A DNA stretch of 64,000 bases from Octopus vulgaris (GCA_951406725.2 OX597816.1:30504001-30568000), one strand, 5' to 3'. Positions 13,511 to 29,777 are shown, counted from the stretch's first letter. Numbers and translations: made by a program. The notes: generated by a model not told the origin, from the sequence alone.

Positions 13511-14509
13511 TATCTCGGTCTCACCGTCTTATAATACTCGCTCTCCTTGTAAAGTTAATTGTTATTTTAGTAAAATTTGTCATCGATCAGATCTATATAA
13601 GGTACTTTAAGCACGAATAACCTATTTTTTTCCTTTCAAACATCTTGTGAACATTTTTTCTATCCAGTGTGCCGTTGCTGTTCAAAAGTGTGATTTGAGG
13701 GACGATTGATTGCTATTAGTGAAGATCAAATTACCACGTAGAGATCATTTTTATTCCGTAAGTGATCGAGTTCACTTATACTCTCAATAAGATTTGCCTT
13801 TCTACTAATTAATACAATGATCAATAAATTTAATTAGTGATATAGTGGAAAGCTGCTCCTATCCGTTAATGAACCGTTTGGTCGCAAATAAACCTCAGAT
13901 ATTACCCTACAATGTGTGATCTAAACAACTATACACAATTAACATTGAATGCATCACACTTGAATTGTCTATATTGTATTGTTTCAGGCATTTTGTCCGT
14001 CTCTACGTTTTGAGTTCAAATTCTGCCGGGGTCGACTTTGCTTTCATCCTTTGATGTTGATAAAATAAGGACCCGTTGAACACTGGGGCCGATGCAATCG
14101 ACTAATCCCCTCAACCGAAACTGATGGTCTTCTGCCAAAGTGTGAACCCTACATGTTACATATAGGAAGTAGATTCTCACAAGCGCTAGTGTGGGAAAAT
14201 TCTTTACGTTCTTTCTTCCGGCTCTTTACATCATTCTGAGTTCATGTCCTATCGAGGTCAACTTTACTTTTCATCCCACTGGGGTTTCGATCAAATGAAG
14301 TACCTGTCATGTACCGAAGTCGCTATAACCTACAGTTCCTCTTCTACCAAATTTCAAATTTTGTACGTATGTATAAAAGTATAATGTCTAATTTGCAGTG
14401 TAACTATTGGTATGCGTTTACTAGAAATACGAGCTTGCTAAAAATATATGCTAATAAGTTTACTTTACGTTTTAAATTATACCTACATATCTACCTACCT
14501 AGCTCCCAA

Positions 14510-16870
<2,361 letters not shown>

Positions 16871-17397
16871 TATGTATGTGTAAAGATATAAAATATTTCT
16901 TGATAGGTAAATAAATTAGCTGGTTCACAAGCGCAGACGTACACAAATTTACATATTCAGGCACTAGCATGTACACACTCTTAATATACATTGTACAACA
17001 CTCCTGCTAACTCTCGCTCTCCTTCACAAGGGAATCCTCCCTCTAAATGTCTTAACAATACTCGTAAATAATGATAAACTAAAGTGTTGAGTGCTCGCAG
17101 AATATTCAGTGGATTGTTTAGAGTGGAGAAGGGTAAAGAGTGAATCGCTAATAAATCTCAAGGAAGTAGAGGCGTTACATTAAATAAAATTAAGTTGAAA
17201 TAGCAAATATGGTGATGACTGTGGAGTAAAAAGAAAAAAATGAAATGGTTAGAAGAGAAAACCAAAAAGGAGGTCGTTGGCGGTAAGGGAAGGAATAGAA
17301 TAAAATGAGAATTGATTGTTTCTCGTTCCCTTGACAGTTAATAAGAAAAACAAATAATTAAGAAAATATCAACATTGTTATCACCATCATCATCATC

Positions 17398-17697
<300 letters not shown>

Positions 17698-17698
17698 T

Positions 17699-18790
17699 CA
17701 GTAATATCGTTTTTATTGCGTTCTTCAACAGCTCTACAGAGCTCAGCACTGTATGTCTTTCGTATATGCAAGTATTTTGATTAAGTCTTGTATTTACTAT
17801 ATTGAAAATGTTCTAGTGCGGTGCCTAGTAAGTAGTTCTATTTCCTGCTTATATGTTTTTGCATATTCACAAAATTTCTATAGAGAACTAGTTGAGAAGA
17901 AAAGCGTTATTGGCCCTGAGAGTAACACTGGATTTCAACCAGAACAGTCTGAGCCGTCTTTTCTGGAGAACTTTCAGATTACAGACTGGAATCATGAATA
18001 ACTCGCTACATTCTTTGGAATTGCAGTGCTACAGAGAAGCATTACCTATTCGAGACAAGCTCCGCAGGCATGAACGCGCCAACAAGTATTAGTTTGCATG
18101 TATTTAGTCATTCCTATGGCACCTGTTCTTAATAAATTGCTTCTCTTTTCAGTTTCCATATTCGGGTTTTTCCATCTCTATACGATAATATATATTAATG
18201 ATTTCTCCGTTCTTTTTTGGCAGAAACATTATTTTTGGGGACTCATACTTCGATTAGGAGGCATTTCCTTTTCTTTGTAGCCATGACAGAAATATTTGAA
18301 CGGTTAACCTTCATCTCCTTGTGTGGACTGGCATATTTCACAGTATAGGTGATTTGCTATCCTCGGAGATCGGTAACGTTCTCTCTCTCAGTGACTATAT
18401 CTGGATGGTGTTCATACCATCTTAGGGGGCGGGATAACATAATGACGACATAAACCCCATTTTATATACTGCAGAGGCAAGAACTGAGCAACCGGAAACA
18501 ATGTGGTCAATATTGTGAAGTTTGTTATTGCAGAGTCTACACTTTGTGTCTAACTCATTGTGTGTGACATTAGCTTGGTAGTTCCGAGTGAGGAGACTCT
18601 GATCATGTGCCGCTAGGATAAATACTTCTGATTTGGCTTTCAAACCAACACTCTGCATACGCTTATGGGTTCTTCTCTTATCTACATGAGCTTCCCCATC
18701 TTGTTTGGGATATCGACCTTGCAATATTTTTTCTTGTCACATTCTTGAAATTTCTTTCATATGCATTTATTTACATACTATGTTAACTTT
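17699..18790 (-). mobile_element. R4/Dong-like RLE LINE 3' portion, interrupted by a Tx1-like fragment
   Basis: ORF 18422..18724 (GLKAKSEVFILAAHDQSLLTRNY...CRLC...HIVSGC) is a CCHC region homologous to 43649..44194. The 3' UTR ends GATATTACTG followed by (AAT)n on the minus strand, like the 3' ends at 43412 and 44563. Confidence 0.85.
17865..18090 (+). mobile_element. L1/Tx1-like LINE 3'-ORF fragment inside the Dong-like copy
   Basis: HSLELQCYREALPIRDKL motif, homologous to HSLELQCYREAVPIQDNL at 18976..19266. Confidence 0.6.
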
Positions 18791-18839
18791 TCCTCTCATT
18801 TCTCTTCTTCCAATTTTTCTCACCCAGTTTTATGTGCCT

Positions 18840-19390
18840 CCACAGTCAGATTGAATAGACCAATGTCGAGCTTGTAGCATCTATAAGATTTCCAGGTCTC
18901 ACAGCACTCTATCAGCTAGAAAATACCATCGGCGGGAAAACGATTCCAGATTTCTATGGAGGACTAGTTGAGAGTATGAACGTCAACGGCCCTGCGAAAA
19001 ATCTGAGCAGTCTTTTGGGAGCAGCTTCCTACAATCTTTGGCATGACTTGCTACACTCTTTGGAATTGCAGTGCTACAGAGAAGCCGTACCTATTCAAGA
19101 CAATCTGTACATGCATGAAGGCGCCAAAGTCAGTCCGTTGCGTATGCAATGGGGTGAAACACTCTGGCACGCCATCGTTCAGTGGTCGTGGAATGGTAAC
19201 TTGTGGCTTGTATCGGACACCAGCCATCGCGGATATGACGGAAAGGGCTATTTTCCGAGTCTATAGTGAAGATCGATGCACCCTAGTGGGTGTGGTGAAA
19301 GTGGTTGTGTTATGGGCTCGTCTGAAGACAGTTATCTACTTATCTGGCCAAACTGTCATAAGCTTCTTCAAGTATCACTCGAAGGGAATG
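18840..19390 (+). mobile_element. L1/Tx1-like LINE C-terminal zinc-knuckle region
   Basis: CYREAVPIQDNL...PLRMQWGETLWHAIVQW resembles a decayed C..C...ET..H...C motif; homologous to 47370-47830. Confidence 0.6.
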
Positions 19391-20617
19391 ATGAAGAGGG
19401 AAGAGAGAGAGATAGAGAGAGAGGGGTAGTGAGAAAAAGAGAAAGAGGGAGAGAAAGAGAGAAAGATAGAGAGAGAAAGAAAGAGTGAGAGCGAGCGAGT
19501 GAGTGAGTGATTGAGAGAGAAAGTACGGTCCTCTAGTGTGCTTATCGAAAAGGAAATGAGACTGGAAAGATTGATGAGATTGAAAGGGGTTAACCTGAAT
19601 ATGCTTTTCTTTGTAGGAAGAGAGAGACTGGGGATGCTTTGGATATGGTAGAACAATCCGAGTCTTTGTATAATGTTTCCCCACAAATTACCCGTAGTGA
19701 TCTTCCGCCCTATTGGGGAAGTTTTCATCCTGATGTTTTGTCAACATCTTATTGTTATCTAGTACTGTTTATTGTTATCATTTAGTGTTATACTTTTGGT
19801 TATAGCAGATACTTTTGTTGACTTCTATTAAGGTTGACTTTGCCTTTCATTTTGTCAAGATGAGTATTGGTGTCGGTGTAATCGATTTGCCGCCTCCCCT
19901 CAAATTTTAGGCCTTGTACCTATCGTAGGTAGAGCTATTGTTATTATCTGCATGATGGTAACTAAACAAAATGGTTAGCACGTCGGACAAAATGAGTAGC
20001 GGCATTTATTTCGGTTCATCATTTTCAGTCAACCGAGTTTGACTCTTTCTTTCATCCTTTTGAGTTAATAAAATAAGTACCAGTTGAGCACAGGGGACAA
20101 TGTAATCGAAATACCCCACCTTATAAAAATTGCCAGCCTTTTGCCAAAATTTGAAACAGTTAATAGGATGATGACGTGGCGGAAACAACAACCGAGAAAT
20201 ACATCTCCGACAGGGTCGACGATATCTTTCATCTATTTAAGCTGATGTAATAAAGAATATTTGTTGCTGAGCGGCCAAAGTCAGCCCCTAGTCGAGGTAC
20301 AGCTATAACATTAGGTAGATGGTTGAATAGCTTAGAGTGACATACAAGTCCATAGTTAAAGATATACCATTCCTCGTCATAGGATCATACTGTATACTCC
20401 AGCATGCAGTGCAGGGTTCATTGTGGCAGTGAATTCTGTCGACTCTACTGTCATAATCTAAATTTACGTAACCATTGTTGATGTTGATATTATTATTATT
20501 ATTATAATTATTATTATTATTATTAGTGCTGTTTTGTTGTTGCTGCTCCTAATCATGGTAATGATGACAACTAGGATGATGATGATTATGATTTTTGTCT
20601 CAGTTGCGAACAAGCAG

Positions 20618-21038
20618 GGATCTTTTCGGTTTGAACGGCAGTTTTTAACATAATTTCTAGGTAACAAAAGATCTCAAACTTCGTATACTGGTAGAATGTG
20701 TTTATAAAACATCTTTTTCTCTTGGCTTTATTGAGAAAATTCTATAAAGATATTTATTGTTTTTTCTTCAATTTCTGCAATGTCAACCAATCACTGACGT
20801 CTATTGAGGTAAAAAAAACATTCTGTGCCGTATGAATATTCCCTCGTTTAAGAAACAGATTGGGCTTATTTACATTTGTGAAGAAAATAGATACTCTTCC
20901 CCCACCCCTAACCCTAACCCTAACTAACCCTAACCTTAAAACATTGAAATGCAATAGATCGATACTAAGGTCATAATTATGGGTGACAATTTCACATGAC
21001 ACCGCTAGAAAAAACTGCCGTTCAAACCGAAAAGATCC
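20618..21038 (+). mobile_element. MITE copy 1 with internal (CCCTAA)n; Merlin-like
   Basis: Perfect 29-bp TIR GGATCTTTTCGGTTTGAACGGCAGTTTTT at both ends; body homologous to 23371-23792; no TSD retained. Confidence 0.9.
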
Positions 21039-21724
21039 TAGAATATTGCTGATATGACATTGTTAACATGATAGTGTTGATACAATAGCGATGGGTACAC
21101 TAGTAACGTTTCTGAAGTGTTGATAGCCATGTGTTGATAGAATAGTGGCTAAAACAGAAATGTCGCTACTTCAATTTTGATACAGCGGTGTTGTTACACT
21201 AATATTGATACAGTTGTGTTGGTATAGTAATCGCTTATAAAATATAATTGACACAGTAGAGTTGATATAGTAGTGCTTGAAACAGTAATCGTGATACTAA
21301 AAGTTGCAGCAGTACTTTAGTTAAGTAGTATTGACACTACTGTGTTTGATACAAAATTGTTGATACAACCATATTGATACCATAGTTTTATTAGAGAAGT
21401 ATAAATACGATAGTGTTGATACAGAGATTTAAAACAGGCGTGGCGTTACAGTGATGTTGATGGAACAGTAGCTAATACAGTAACGTGGTGAATGTTGTGC
21501 AGAAAGAGTTGTGTTGATACATTAGCAGCAGAGAGAAGACTGTTGATATAGTTATGCACTAGTATTAATATAATAATTTTGATAGTATTCATAGAGTCGC
21601 TATTACAGAAGTGTTAATATAACCGTATTGTTATAGTAATGTTGATAGAATAGTGATTTATACATAAGCATTATTACTGTGAATGATATAAAAATGTTGA
21701 TATTATAGTACTGATGTTCTAATT

Positions 21725-22091
21725 CAGTGGAAGCGCAATGGCCCAGTGGTTAGGGCAGCGGACTCGCGGTCATAGGATCGCGGTTTCGATTCCCAGACCG
21801 TGCGTTGTGAGTGTTTATTGAGCGAAAACACCTAAAAGCTCCACGAGGCTCCGGCAGTACTCTTTCACCACACTTTCTCTCACTCTTACTTCCTGTTTCT
21901 GTCGTACCTGTATTTCAAGGGGCCGGCCTTGTCACTCTCTGTGTCACGCTGAATATCCCCGAGAACTACGTTAAGGGTGCACGTGTCTGTGGAGTGCTGA
22001 GCCACTTACACGTTAATTTCACGAGCCGGCTGTTCCGTTGATTCGGATCAACCGAAACCCTCATCGTCGTAACCGACGGAGTGCTTCCATC
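21725..22091 (+). mobile_element. tRNA-derived SINE, family D (head shared with family C, different body)
   Basis: A box TGGCCCAGTGG, B box GTTTCGATTCC; TSD ATGTTCTAATT at 21714-21724 and 22092-22102. Confidence 0.9.
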
Positions 22092-22465
22092 ATGTTCTAA
22101 TTTCCAAATAGTAATGCTGTTACAGTTTTGTTGATAGAGTAGTGCTGGATACCCAAAAAGGCTGATACACTGATAGTATTATGGTTGATATAATAGTATT
22201 GCCACAGTAGTGATAATGTAGAGGCTAATACAGCAGTTTTGATAGTAGTGCTGATACAATATTGCTGACACCGCAGTATTGATACAGTAATGTTGATACA
22301 GTAGACGCTCACGCAGTAGTATAAACAATCATGTTGACAGAGTAGTGTCTGATACAATAGTTTCGTTACAGTAGTGACTGATATTTATCAGTGTCGGTAC
22401 CGAAGATTGTTACAAGAGTGTGATACAGGGATACAAAAGATTCATGCAATAGTCTTCATACAATT

Positions 22466-22740
22466 TGTTTGTTCCTTCTCGAGCCATGCCTGGCTCATAA
22501 GGGCCGGTTTCCCGGTTTCCTTGACGTATAGGTTCCTCACCTGGACGGGACGCCGGTCCGTCGCAGGTGAGCTGCAAGATGCAGGAGGAAAGAGTGAGAG
22601 AAAGTTGTGGCGAAAGAGTCAGCAGAAGTTCGCCATTACCTTCTGCCGGAGCCGCGTGGAGCTTAGGTGTTTCGCTCATAAGCACACACATCACCCAGTC
22701 TGAGATTCGAAACCACGATCCCTCGACCGCGAGTCCACTG
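22466..22740 (-). mobile_element. 5'-truncated SINE, family C
   Basis: Reverse complement of 13225-13500; flanked by TTCATACAATT (22455) and TTCATGCAATT (22741). Confidence 0.9.
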
Positions 22741-23370
22741 TTCATGCAATTGTGGTGTATCGAGTGAGTTTGGTACACGAGAGGCGATACATTATTGATG
22801 GTACAACACTGTTGATCCAGTTGTGACTTACAGACTAAGTTTGATAGAAAAGTATAGTGCTGATACAATGAAGGTAATGTTGGAATATTGATACTACATG
22901 TAAATATATTAGAGCTGATAAAGTAGTGTTGCTACAGCTTTGTTAATTCACATGTGACTAATACAGTGTTGAAGATACAGTGTTGACGTTACGGTAGTAT
23001 TGGTGCCATATCATTAATACAATAAGGCTTATACAGCAGTGCTGATATATTAGTGGATATCACTATCGTATTAATATGTAGAACTTTTGATTCAGTAGCG
23101 TTGATAAGTAGCATTTGTACGTTAGATTTGATACAATAGCTATGATGCAAAATGTGACTGTTAAAATTGATAGAATAGTTGAAGCAATTGTAAGTGATAT
23201 AGTAGTGTTGTTACATTATTAATGGTGAGAAGTGGTGATCTTGCAGCGTTGATGCAGTAGTGTTGATGTTGTAAGGTTGTATATTAATAGCAGATAGAAT
23301 AATGTTGTTATAGAATTGCCTGTTATATTGTTGTTTAAACAGAAGTGTTCAAACGATTGTGTGGATGTAG

Positions 23371-23792
23371 GGATCTTTTCGGTTTGAACGGCAGTTTTTA
23401 ACATAATTTCTAGGTAACTAAAAAAATTTAAACTTCGTATACTGGTAGAATGTGTTTATAAAACATCTTTTTTTCTTGGCTTTATTGAGAAAATCCTATA
23501 GTTTGTAAGATATTTGTTGTTTTTTTCTTCAATTTCTGCAATTTCAACCAATCACTGACGTCCATTGAGGTAAACAACATTCTGTGCTGTATGAATATGT
23601 CCCTCGTTTAAGAAACAGATTGGGTTTATTTACATTTGTGAAGAATAAAAAGATACCCTTTCCCTCATCCCTAACCCTAACCCTAACCCTAAAATAGATT
23701 GAAATGCAATAGATCGATACTAGGGTCATAATTATGGGTGACAATTTCATATGACACCGCTAGAAAAAATGCCGTTCAAACCGAAAAGATCC
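23371..23792 (+). mobile_element. MITE copy 2 with internal (CCCTAA)n; Merlin-like
   Basis: GGATCTTTTCGGTTTGAACGGCA TIRs; exact 8-bp TSD GGATGTAG at 23363-23370 and 23793-23800. Confidence 0.94.
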
Positions 23793-25354
23793 GGATGTAG
23801 TTATGTTGACACATATGTGCTGTAACAGAATATCTGAAAGCCTGTAGTGTCTGATACAACAGTGTTGGTGCAGTCCCCTCTGAAGCTCTAGATTTGATAG
23901 AATAGTGTTCGCTAAGAAGTTTCTGTTACTGAAACGTTTCTATAGCAGTGTTGATCGAGCAGTGTCTGTTACAGTAAGTTTGATATATTATTAGAAGATA
24001 GACGCGTGCTCTGAAACACTACTATTTGATATACAGCAGTGGAGATATAAAGGTATTGATACAATAATGTCGATACTCTAGTAATTGATACGCTAGTGTT
24101 AGTAGAGTATTTTTGACACAATCGGGCTGACCCAAGAGTAAGGGATACATTAATGATAATGCAGTATTGTTGTTGCTGTAATGTTAATACAGTCATATTG
24201 ATAAACCAGTGTTGTTTTCTGTAGAAATGCTAGAATAATGGCTGATACAACCGTGTTGATACATCCGTATTGATACAGCCGTGTGGATGCAGTAGAGTCA
24301 AGCATGCAGGTCATTATAATTGACTAAATACTATCCATCTCGATTGGCTAACCTCGTGTCTTATGTTGAAACAACTATTTTTACGAAGTCAATGAATGGT
24401 CAGACAAAATGCTTTGCTGTATTTCTTCCGGGTCAATGCTTTCTGAGTTTAAATCTTGCCGAAGTAAACGCTGCCCTTTATCATTTAGGATTGATAAAAT
24501 AAAGTAGCAATCATGTATTAGTGGTGGTACAATTAACTAGTCTACTCATCCTAAAATTTCTATTTTGTTTCTATGTTAGAAGCAATTATTATTATTATTA
24601 TAAATCCAGTGGAACACTGGATTTGTAAGAGTCAAACAAAATTACAGACAGAATTTACTTCGGCTCTTTACGTTCCAAGATCAATATCTACCGAGGTCAT
24701 AATGAATTAAGACAAGGCTAATTAAAGAACAGGCTAAATATGTATTCATTTTTTCTGCTCCTCGGCTGATTCCCCAGTATTTGGGAATAGAAACAAGGTT
24801 CGTGTTTTACTTTTGGGTACGTTTATATTTTTTCTTTCTCAAGCCATTGTCAAGGAAAATATGGGAAGATGGTGAGTGCATATGAGACATTTGTCGATAT
24901 GTGTTCGAGTAGTATTTCCATGGGTACAGAAGTCCTCAAGTCTTTGCAAGACCAGAGAACAGTACGAGATATGTGCCATGTAGAGTTGTTCAAACGAAGA
25001 CCTCAAACCTCAGCATCCAAGACGGATGACCCAGCTGTTACATAAACTATCTACTCAGAAAGATAATTACAGCAACAAGTCATGAAATTTGTTGTGTCTT
25101 GTCAACATCAGATTCAAGTCGCGTATCAGCAAATGAAGCTGTTGCCTCAGCGGTTCAAGGATTAGACAAAGAGAAGTGGATATAGAGAATCATCGTAGAA
25201 GCTTATGGCACTCAATAGCAATTTTCTTCATTGCTATGCTTTACACCTTCTGAGATGTATCAATGTTTCCTAAACTTCATTGCAGCTTCTCTAAAGTATC
25301 TTCTGGTGAACATAATAAGCGTCTATATTGTTGATACTAATTGCTCTTTGATGA

Positions 25355-25690
25355 TACAGTTCTATATTTAAGAGATGAGGAATTATGTACATTATTTACA
25401 TTATTTATATTTGACGGATATTTGTCCTCATTTTGTTTGTTGTTAGACTAAAAGAAGCAGCACACACGCCAGGACACAACAACCTCCTAAGCAGGCCGAG
25501 TACGATATGAATAGCATACGGGAACCAGTATTAAGGAAGGATTGGAAAATATTAGATTTATAAGCCCTAAAAATTCACTCCATAATTGCCCATGGGCATA
25601 TAGCGTAGTGGTTAAGAGCGCAGGGCTACTAACCACAAGATTCCAGGCAGTGACCTGAATAATAATAATAATAATAATAGCAACAATAAC

Positions 25691-25758
<68 letters not shown>

Positions 25759-25883
25759 CAACAACATCGAAAAACACCTTAGGAATGATAACCCAGGCTG
25801 GAGGGTATATCAACCGAAACGCTGTGTTAACAACAAACAAGGTGAGGACAAATATCCGTCAAACGTAAATAATGTAAATAATG
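25355..25883 (+). mobile_element. Short Penelope-like element remnant with inverted pseudo-LTR
   Basis: ~60-bp inverted repeat (25389-25445 vs 25827-25884); TSD TGCTCTTT[G/A]ATGA at 25342-25354 and 25884-25896; internal RLKEAAH...NLLSRP resembles a PLE endonuclease C-terminus; partial hammerhead at 25795-25828. Confidence 0.7.
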
Positions 25884-26246
25884 TGCTCTTTAATGACTTT
25901 ACATTTTAAACAAATATTCGTGGATATTATTGTTTGGTGTAGAAGTTGATTGTGCCTGTTATTGCTGTGACACCATATTGTCAATAAATTGTAAAAATTT
26001 TCAAGCTAGAATAATATCATTTTTATTCAGACAGAATTTCCATCGTGAACTTATCCAACAGTTCCTTCCCCTTTTTAGCACTTAGGATATGGTGAGGGAG
26101 AAATCTGGTTGTTATTTCTCGCATTTCACTTGAATGTGTAGGACGACGGTTTCCATCCTTAGGCAAGCGGAATCCTTATATTTCCTGAGTTATATTCAAG
26201 ATGTTAAATCTGCAGTGAAGAATACATAAATACTCAGTTATATATA

Positions 26247-26653
26247 GGCGCGGGAGTGGCTGTGTGGTAAGTAGCTTGCTAACCAACCACATGCTTCCGG
26301 GTTCAGTCCCACTGCGTGGCATCTTGGGAAAGTGTCTTCTGCTATAGCCCCGGATCGACCAATGCCTTGTGAGTGGATTTGGTAGACGGAAACTGAAAGA
26401 AGCCTGTCGTATATATATATATATATATGTATGTATGTGTGTGTGTTTGTGTGTCTGTGTTTGTCCCCCTAGCATTGCATGACAACCAATGCTGGTGTGT
26501 TTACGTCCCCGTCACTTAGCGGTTCGGCAAAAGAGACCGATAGAATAAGTACTGGGCTTACAAAGAATAAGTCCTGGGGTCGATTTGCTCGACTAAAGGC
26601 GGTGCTCCAGCATGGCCGCAGTCAAATGACTGAAACAAGTAAAAGAGTAAAGA
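26247..26653 (+). mobile_element. Full-length tRNA-derived SINE, family A (CORE-like), with internal (TA)n(TG)n
   Basis: A box TGGCTGTGTGG, B box GGTTCAGTCC, CORE-like cttgggaaagtgtctt, tail (AGTAAAAG)n; flanked by TTATATATA on both sides. Confidence 0.92.
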
Positions 26654-27344
26654 TTATATATATTTACTAAGTTACATATGACTTTCAATATAAGGATAAA
26701 ACTAGAACAACGTTTTTTATTATGCTGCAGTAAATAGGTATATGATTAGCTACATATGATAGTTCACTTTTTAAGTTAACGTTCAGAGCTGTTTGAATAA
26801 AAAATCTGATAACCTCAGTTTTGAAATTTGAGCAAACTGACTGAAAATGTCAACGATGGGAAGGTTTCACTAGACACGATAGGCTAAAGTTCCTTTGCTC
26901 ACTCACCCTTTCATCGTAGTAACATGATAGAAAATGTTCCCTGCCCTTTCCGGTCAAATAAAGCCAGTGATAGATGTTCCCGACGGACTCTGCCCCATAC
27001 TTGACATCAAGTATTGGGCACGTAATCTCCACTGTAGTTTCGTTTGACCAATATTGTGTATGTAGAATTTGCTTGATTGATGCTAGAAGTCCATAGTACG
27101 TGAATTTGGTTAAAAAGAAACGACGAGCGATGGCTAGAAGTATATTGAGTTCTTCATAACCAGCTAATCTAGCAAGTGGGGCCTCATATCAGTGAGGGGG
27201 GCCGGTGCGCATTGATGCCGTCGAGAGGTAGGCCCCGAAACGGCGCGCATTCTCTCCTGATGACCCCATACACTTGCTAGCTTCCGGTATACGGAGCTTT
27301 TAACTGGTAGCACTTGCATGTGCAAGTTGTTTGCAAGACATCTA

Positions 27345-28490
27345 TATCTGTGGGTTGGAAAGTCCATTGGCTGGCTATGAAGGAGTCATGTTAGAGTTGC
27401 GAAATCTTGCATGTATTAATTTCAACTCTTCTTATTAATTGTTTTTTCCTGGTAAACTGACATCTGACTGTTGAAAAGAAGACTTCAAAAGTAACTGGTA
27501 GCAATTTATCTTGAAATGGAAACAATTTGGCATTGTGGTGTTATCAAATACTTACTGAAAAACGGTTTAGCTCCCAAAGTCATTCATGCTGACATGGCTG
27601 CTGCATTAGGAGATGACGCTCCAGCTTTATCATCAGTGCAAAAGTATGCAGCAGAGTTTTGGAGGGGAGCGGAAAGTCTTGAAGTTGATTTTGGTAGAAC
27701 GAAGGTTTCTACTAAGTTGGTGCTATGTCTTTTGACATTTGGTCAAAAGCGCACCAAGTTCATCACATCACGGGAAAATCTGGTATTGACTGAGGTATAT
27801 CCAGCAGGTTTTCTTGCATATTTCTTAACCTAGGATGAAAGTTAGGTTCATCAGTTTGAGCCAAAGACAAATGGACAATCCATGGAGTGGAAACATCCCC
27901 TTTCACCCGCTCTAAAAAAGACCAAGGTTGTTTCATCTGCAGGGAAGGTGACGGCCTCACTGTTTGGGGGATGCAAAAGACATTGGGTTTATTGAATATT
28001 TTCAAAGGGGCTACATCATCAATGAAGTGTTTTATGCCAATTTCCTGAGACAGTTACAGAAGGATATCGATACTAAGCATCTAGGAAAACTGACGAAGGG
28101 GTCCTTGTTTCATGAGGACAATGCTCTAGCATACAAGCCCTTGGTTTCAAAGGTGATTGTGCATACTGTGGCTTTGATGTGGTTGATCAGCCTTCTTACA
28201 CTCCTTACTTGGTCCCATCCGAGTAGCATCTGTTCTCCAACATGAAAGACACTTGGCTGGGAGAAATAATTCTGTGATCATGGCGTTATATCTACTGTTG
28301 ATGACTTTTTGAACAACAGAATATAAGTTTCTCCGCCCACGGAATCCAAGTCCTGCAACACTGATGTAAGAAATGTGTGGACCGCAAGGGTGGGGGGCGC
28401 TATGTTGAAAAATAAACCTCATTTGGTCTCATTCCATGAGAGTATCTTGGAGTATCTTGGCTAGCTTATGAAGTTTTCTGCCGACCCTCA
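27345..28490 (+). mobile_element. Degenerate mariner transposon
   Basis: ORFs 27516..27833 (VIKYLLKNGLAPKVIHADM..LGDDAP) and 27964..28245 (FHEDNA). Right TIR reverse complement TA|TGAGGGTCGGCAGAAAACTTCATAAGCT; decayed left end homologous to 56944-57010. Confidence 0.85.
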
Positions 28491-28911
28491 TACATATATG
28501 TAATACATACAAATGCACACACACACATATATGTATATATGTATGTATATGGATAATTGTATTTATGTTACGGTGTGAGCCAGTGTGTCTTACTGCTCCC
28601 CTATGTGGAAAAAATATTTATTCAATAATAGTCAAAGATAAAGCTATGGAGTTGAACTAAAATATAAAATAAAACCTCTTTTTGGAGATGTATCAACACA
28701 GTCCCAGTTTAGTAATTAGAAGCATTTACAGAATATATATGTTATAGAATATCCTTACATAGGAGATTTATATATCGGCTGAGCCATTCACAAAGAAACT
28801 GAGATGTCATGTTGCATGAAATAATACACGTTATGTAATTAATCCTATCCACAGTCAGAACAATACTACAGCTGATTATCTGAAAATAACAACAGATCCA
28901 TGGATTTAATA

Positions 28912-29360
28912 TTGGTTTCAAATTTTGGCACGAGGCCAGCAATTTCAGGAGAGGGGTTAAGTCGATTACATTGACCTCAGTGGTCAACTGGTACTTATTT
29001 TATCGACCACTAAAGGATGGCAGGCAAAGGAATTGAACTCAGAACCTAAAGACGTATGAAATGCCATTAAGCATTTTCCTGGCATGCTAATAATCCAGGT
29101 AGCTCGCCGCATTATTCATGGATTTTATTTTATAGTTCCACTCTTAAGGCAGCGAACAGGTAGAATCGTTACTACGCCACGCAAAATGGTCAGAGGCATT
29201 CCGTCAGTCTTTACTGTCTTCAGCTGGAGTCGATTTTGTCTTTCACCCTTTTGTGGTCGATAAAATAAGTACCAGACAAGAACTGAGGTTGATGTAACCA
29301 GCTAGCGCCTTTCTCCAAATTTTTAGGAAAATTGCAAGCCTTGTACCTGTAGCAGAAAGA
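28912..29360. mobile_element. Head-to-head pair of diverged family B SINEs (minus 28912-29110, plus 29148-29360)
   Basis: gtcgataaaataagtaccag core in opposite orientations; heads separated by ~40 bp. Confidence 0.75.
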
Positions 29361-29743
29361 AATATTATAGTTCTACTCTGTATTTTGATTTACACGGTCT
29401 CTCTCGCTTTCTCTCTTTCTCGCTTTCTCTCTTTCTGGCCTTCCCAAGGCTTTTTGTTAATGATACACATGTCTGTTCAATACTTTACTACTTGAACTGT
29501 AATTCAACGAGTAGATAGTTGACTAGATTGAATGGCTGCAATACTTATCGTAGAAACCGACGGAAATCCATTTAATTCTACACACCGACACACACTCACA
29601 CATACATATACACACGCACTTTCTCTCTTTCTCATAAACATACACACAATTAGAGAAACACACACATGTCTATATACGAGGCTTTTATGAGAATAAACAT
29701 ATCGATTCATTATTTTCGCTTTCTTTTTTGAGAGACAGAAATT

Positions 29744-29777
<34 letters not shown>

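Larger units (their letters stand above)
21045..24300. repeat. Cryptic, highly diverged minisatellite, unit ~14 bp (approx. AGTAGTGTTGATAC)
   Basis: Recurrent gtgttgatac/tgatacag/ttgatag motifs at short spacing over ~3.2 kb, interrupted by two SINEs and one MITE. Confidence 0.75.

Noticed and set aside
20900-20940. Interstitial telomeric repeat as a chromosome-fusion scar
   Set aside because: It is an internal part of a MITE present three times in the window.
21045-24300. CRISPR-like array or repetitive protein-coding exon
   Set aside because: Eukaryotic context, no constant repeat with unique spacers, and no long ORF.
24840-25230. Possible Tc1-like transposase N-terminus
   Set aside because: Only vague similarity across frameshifts, with no TIRs or catalytic motifs.
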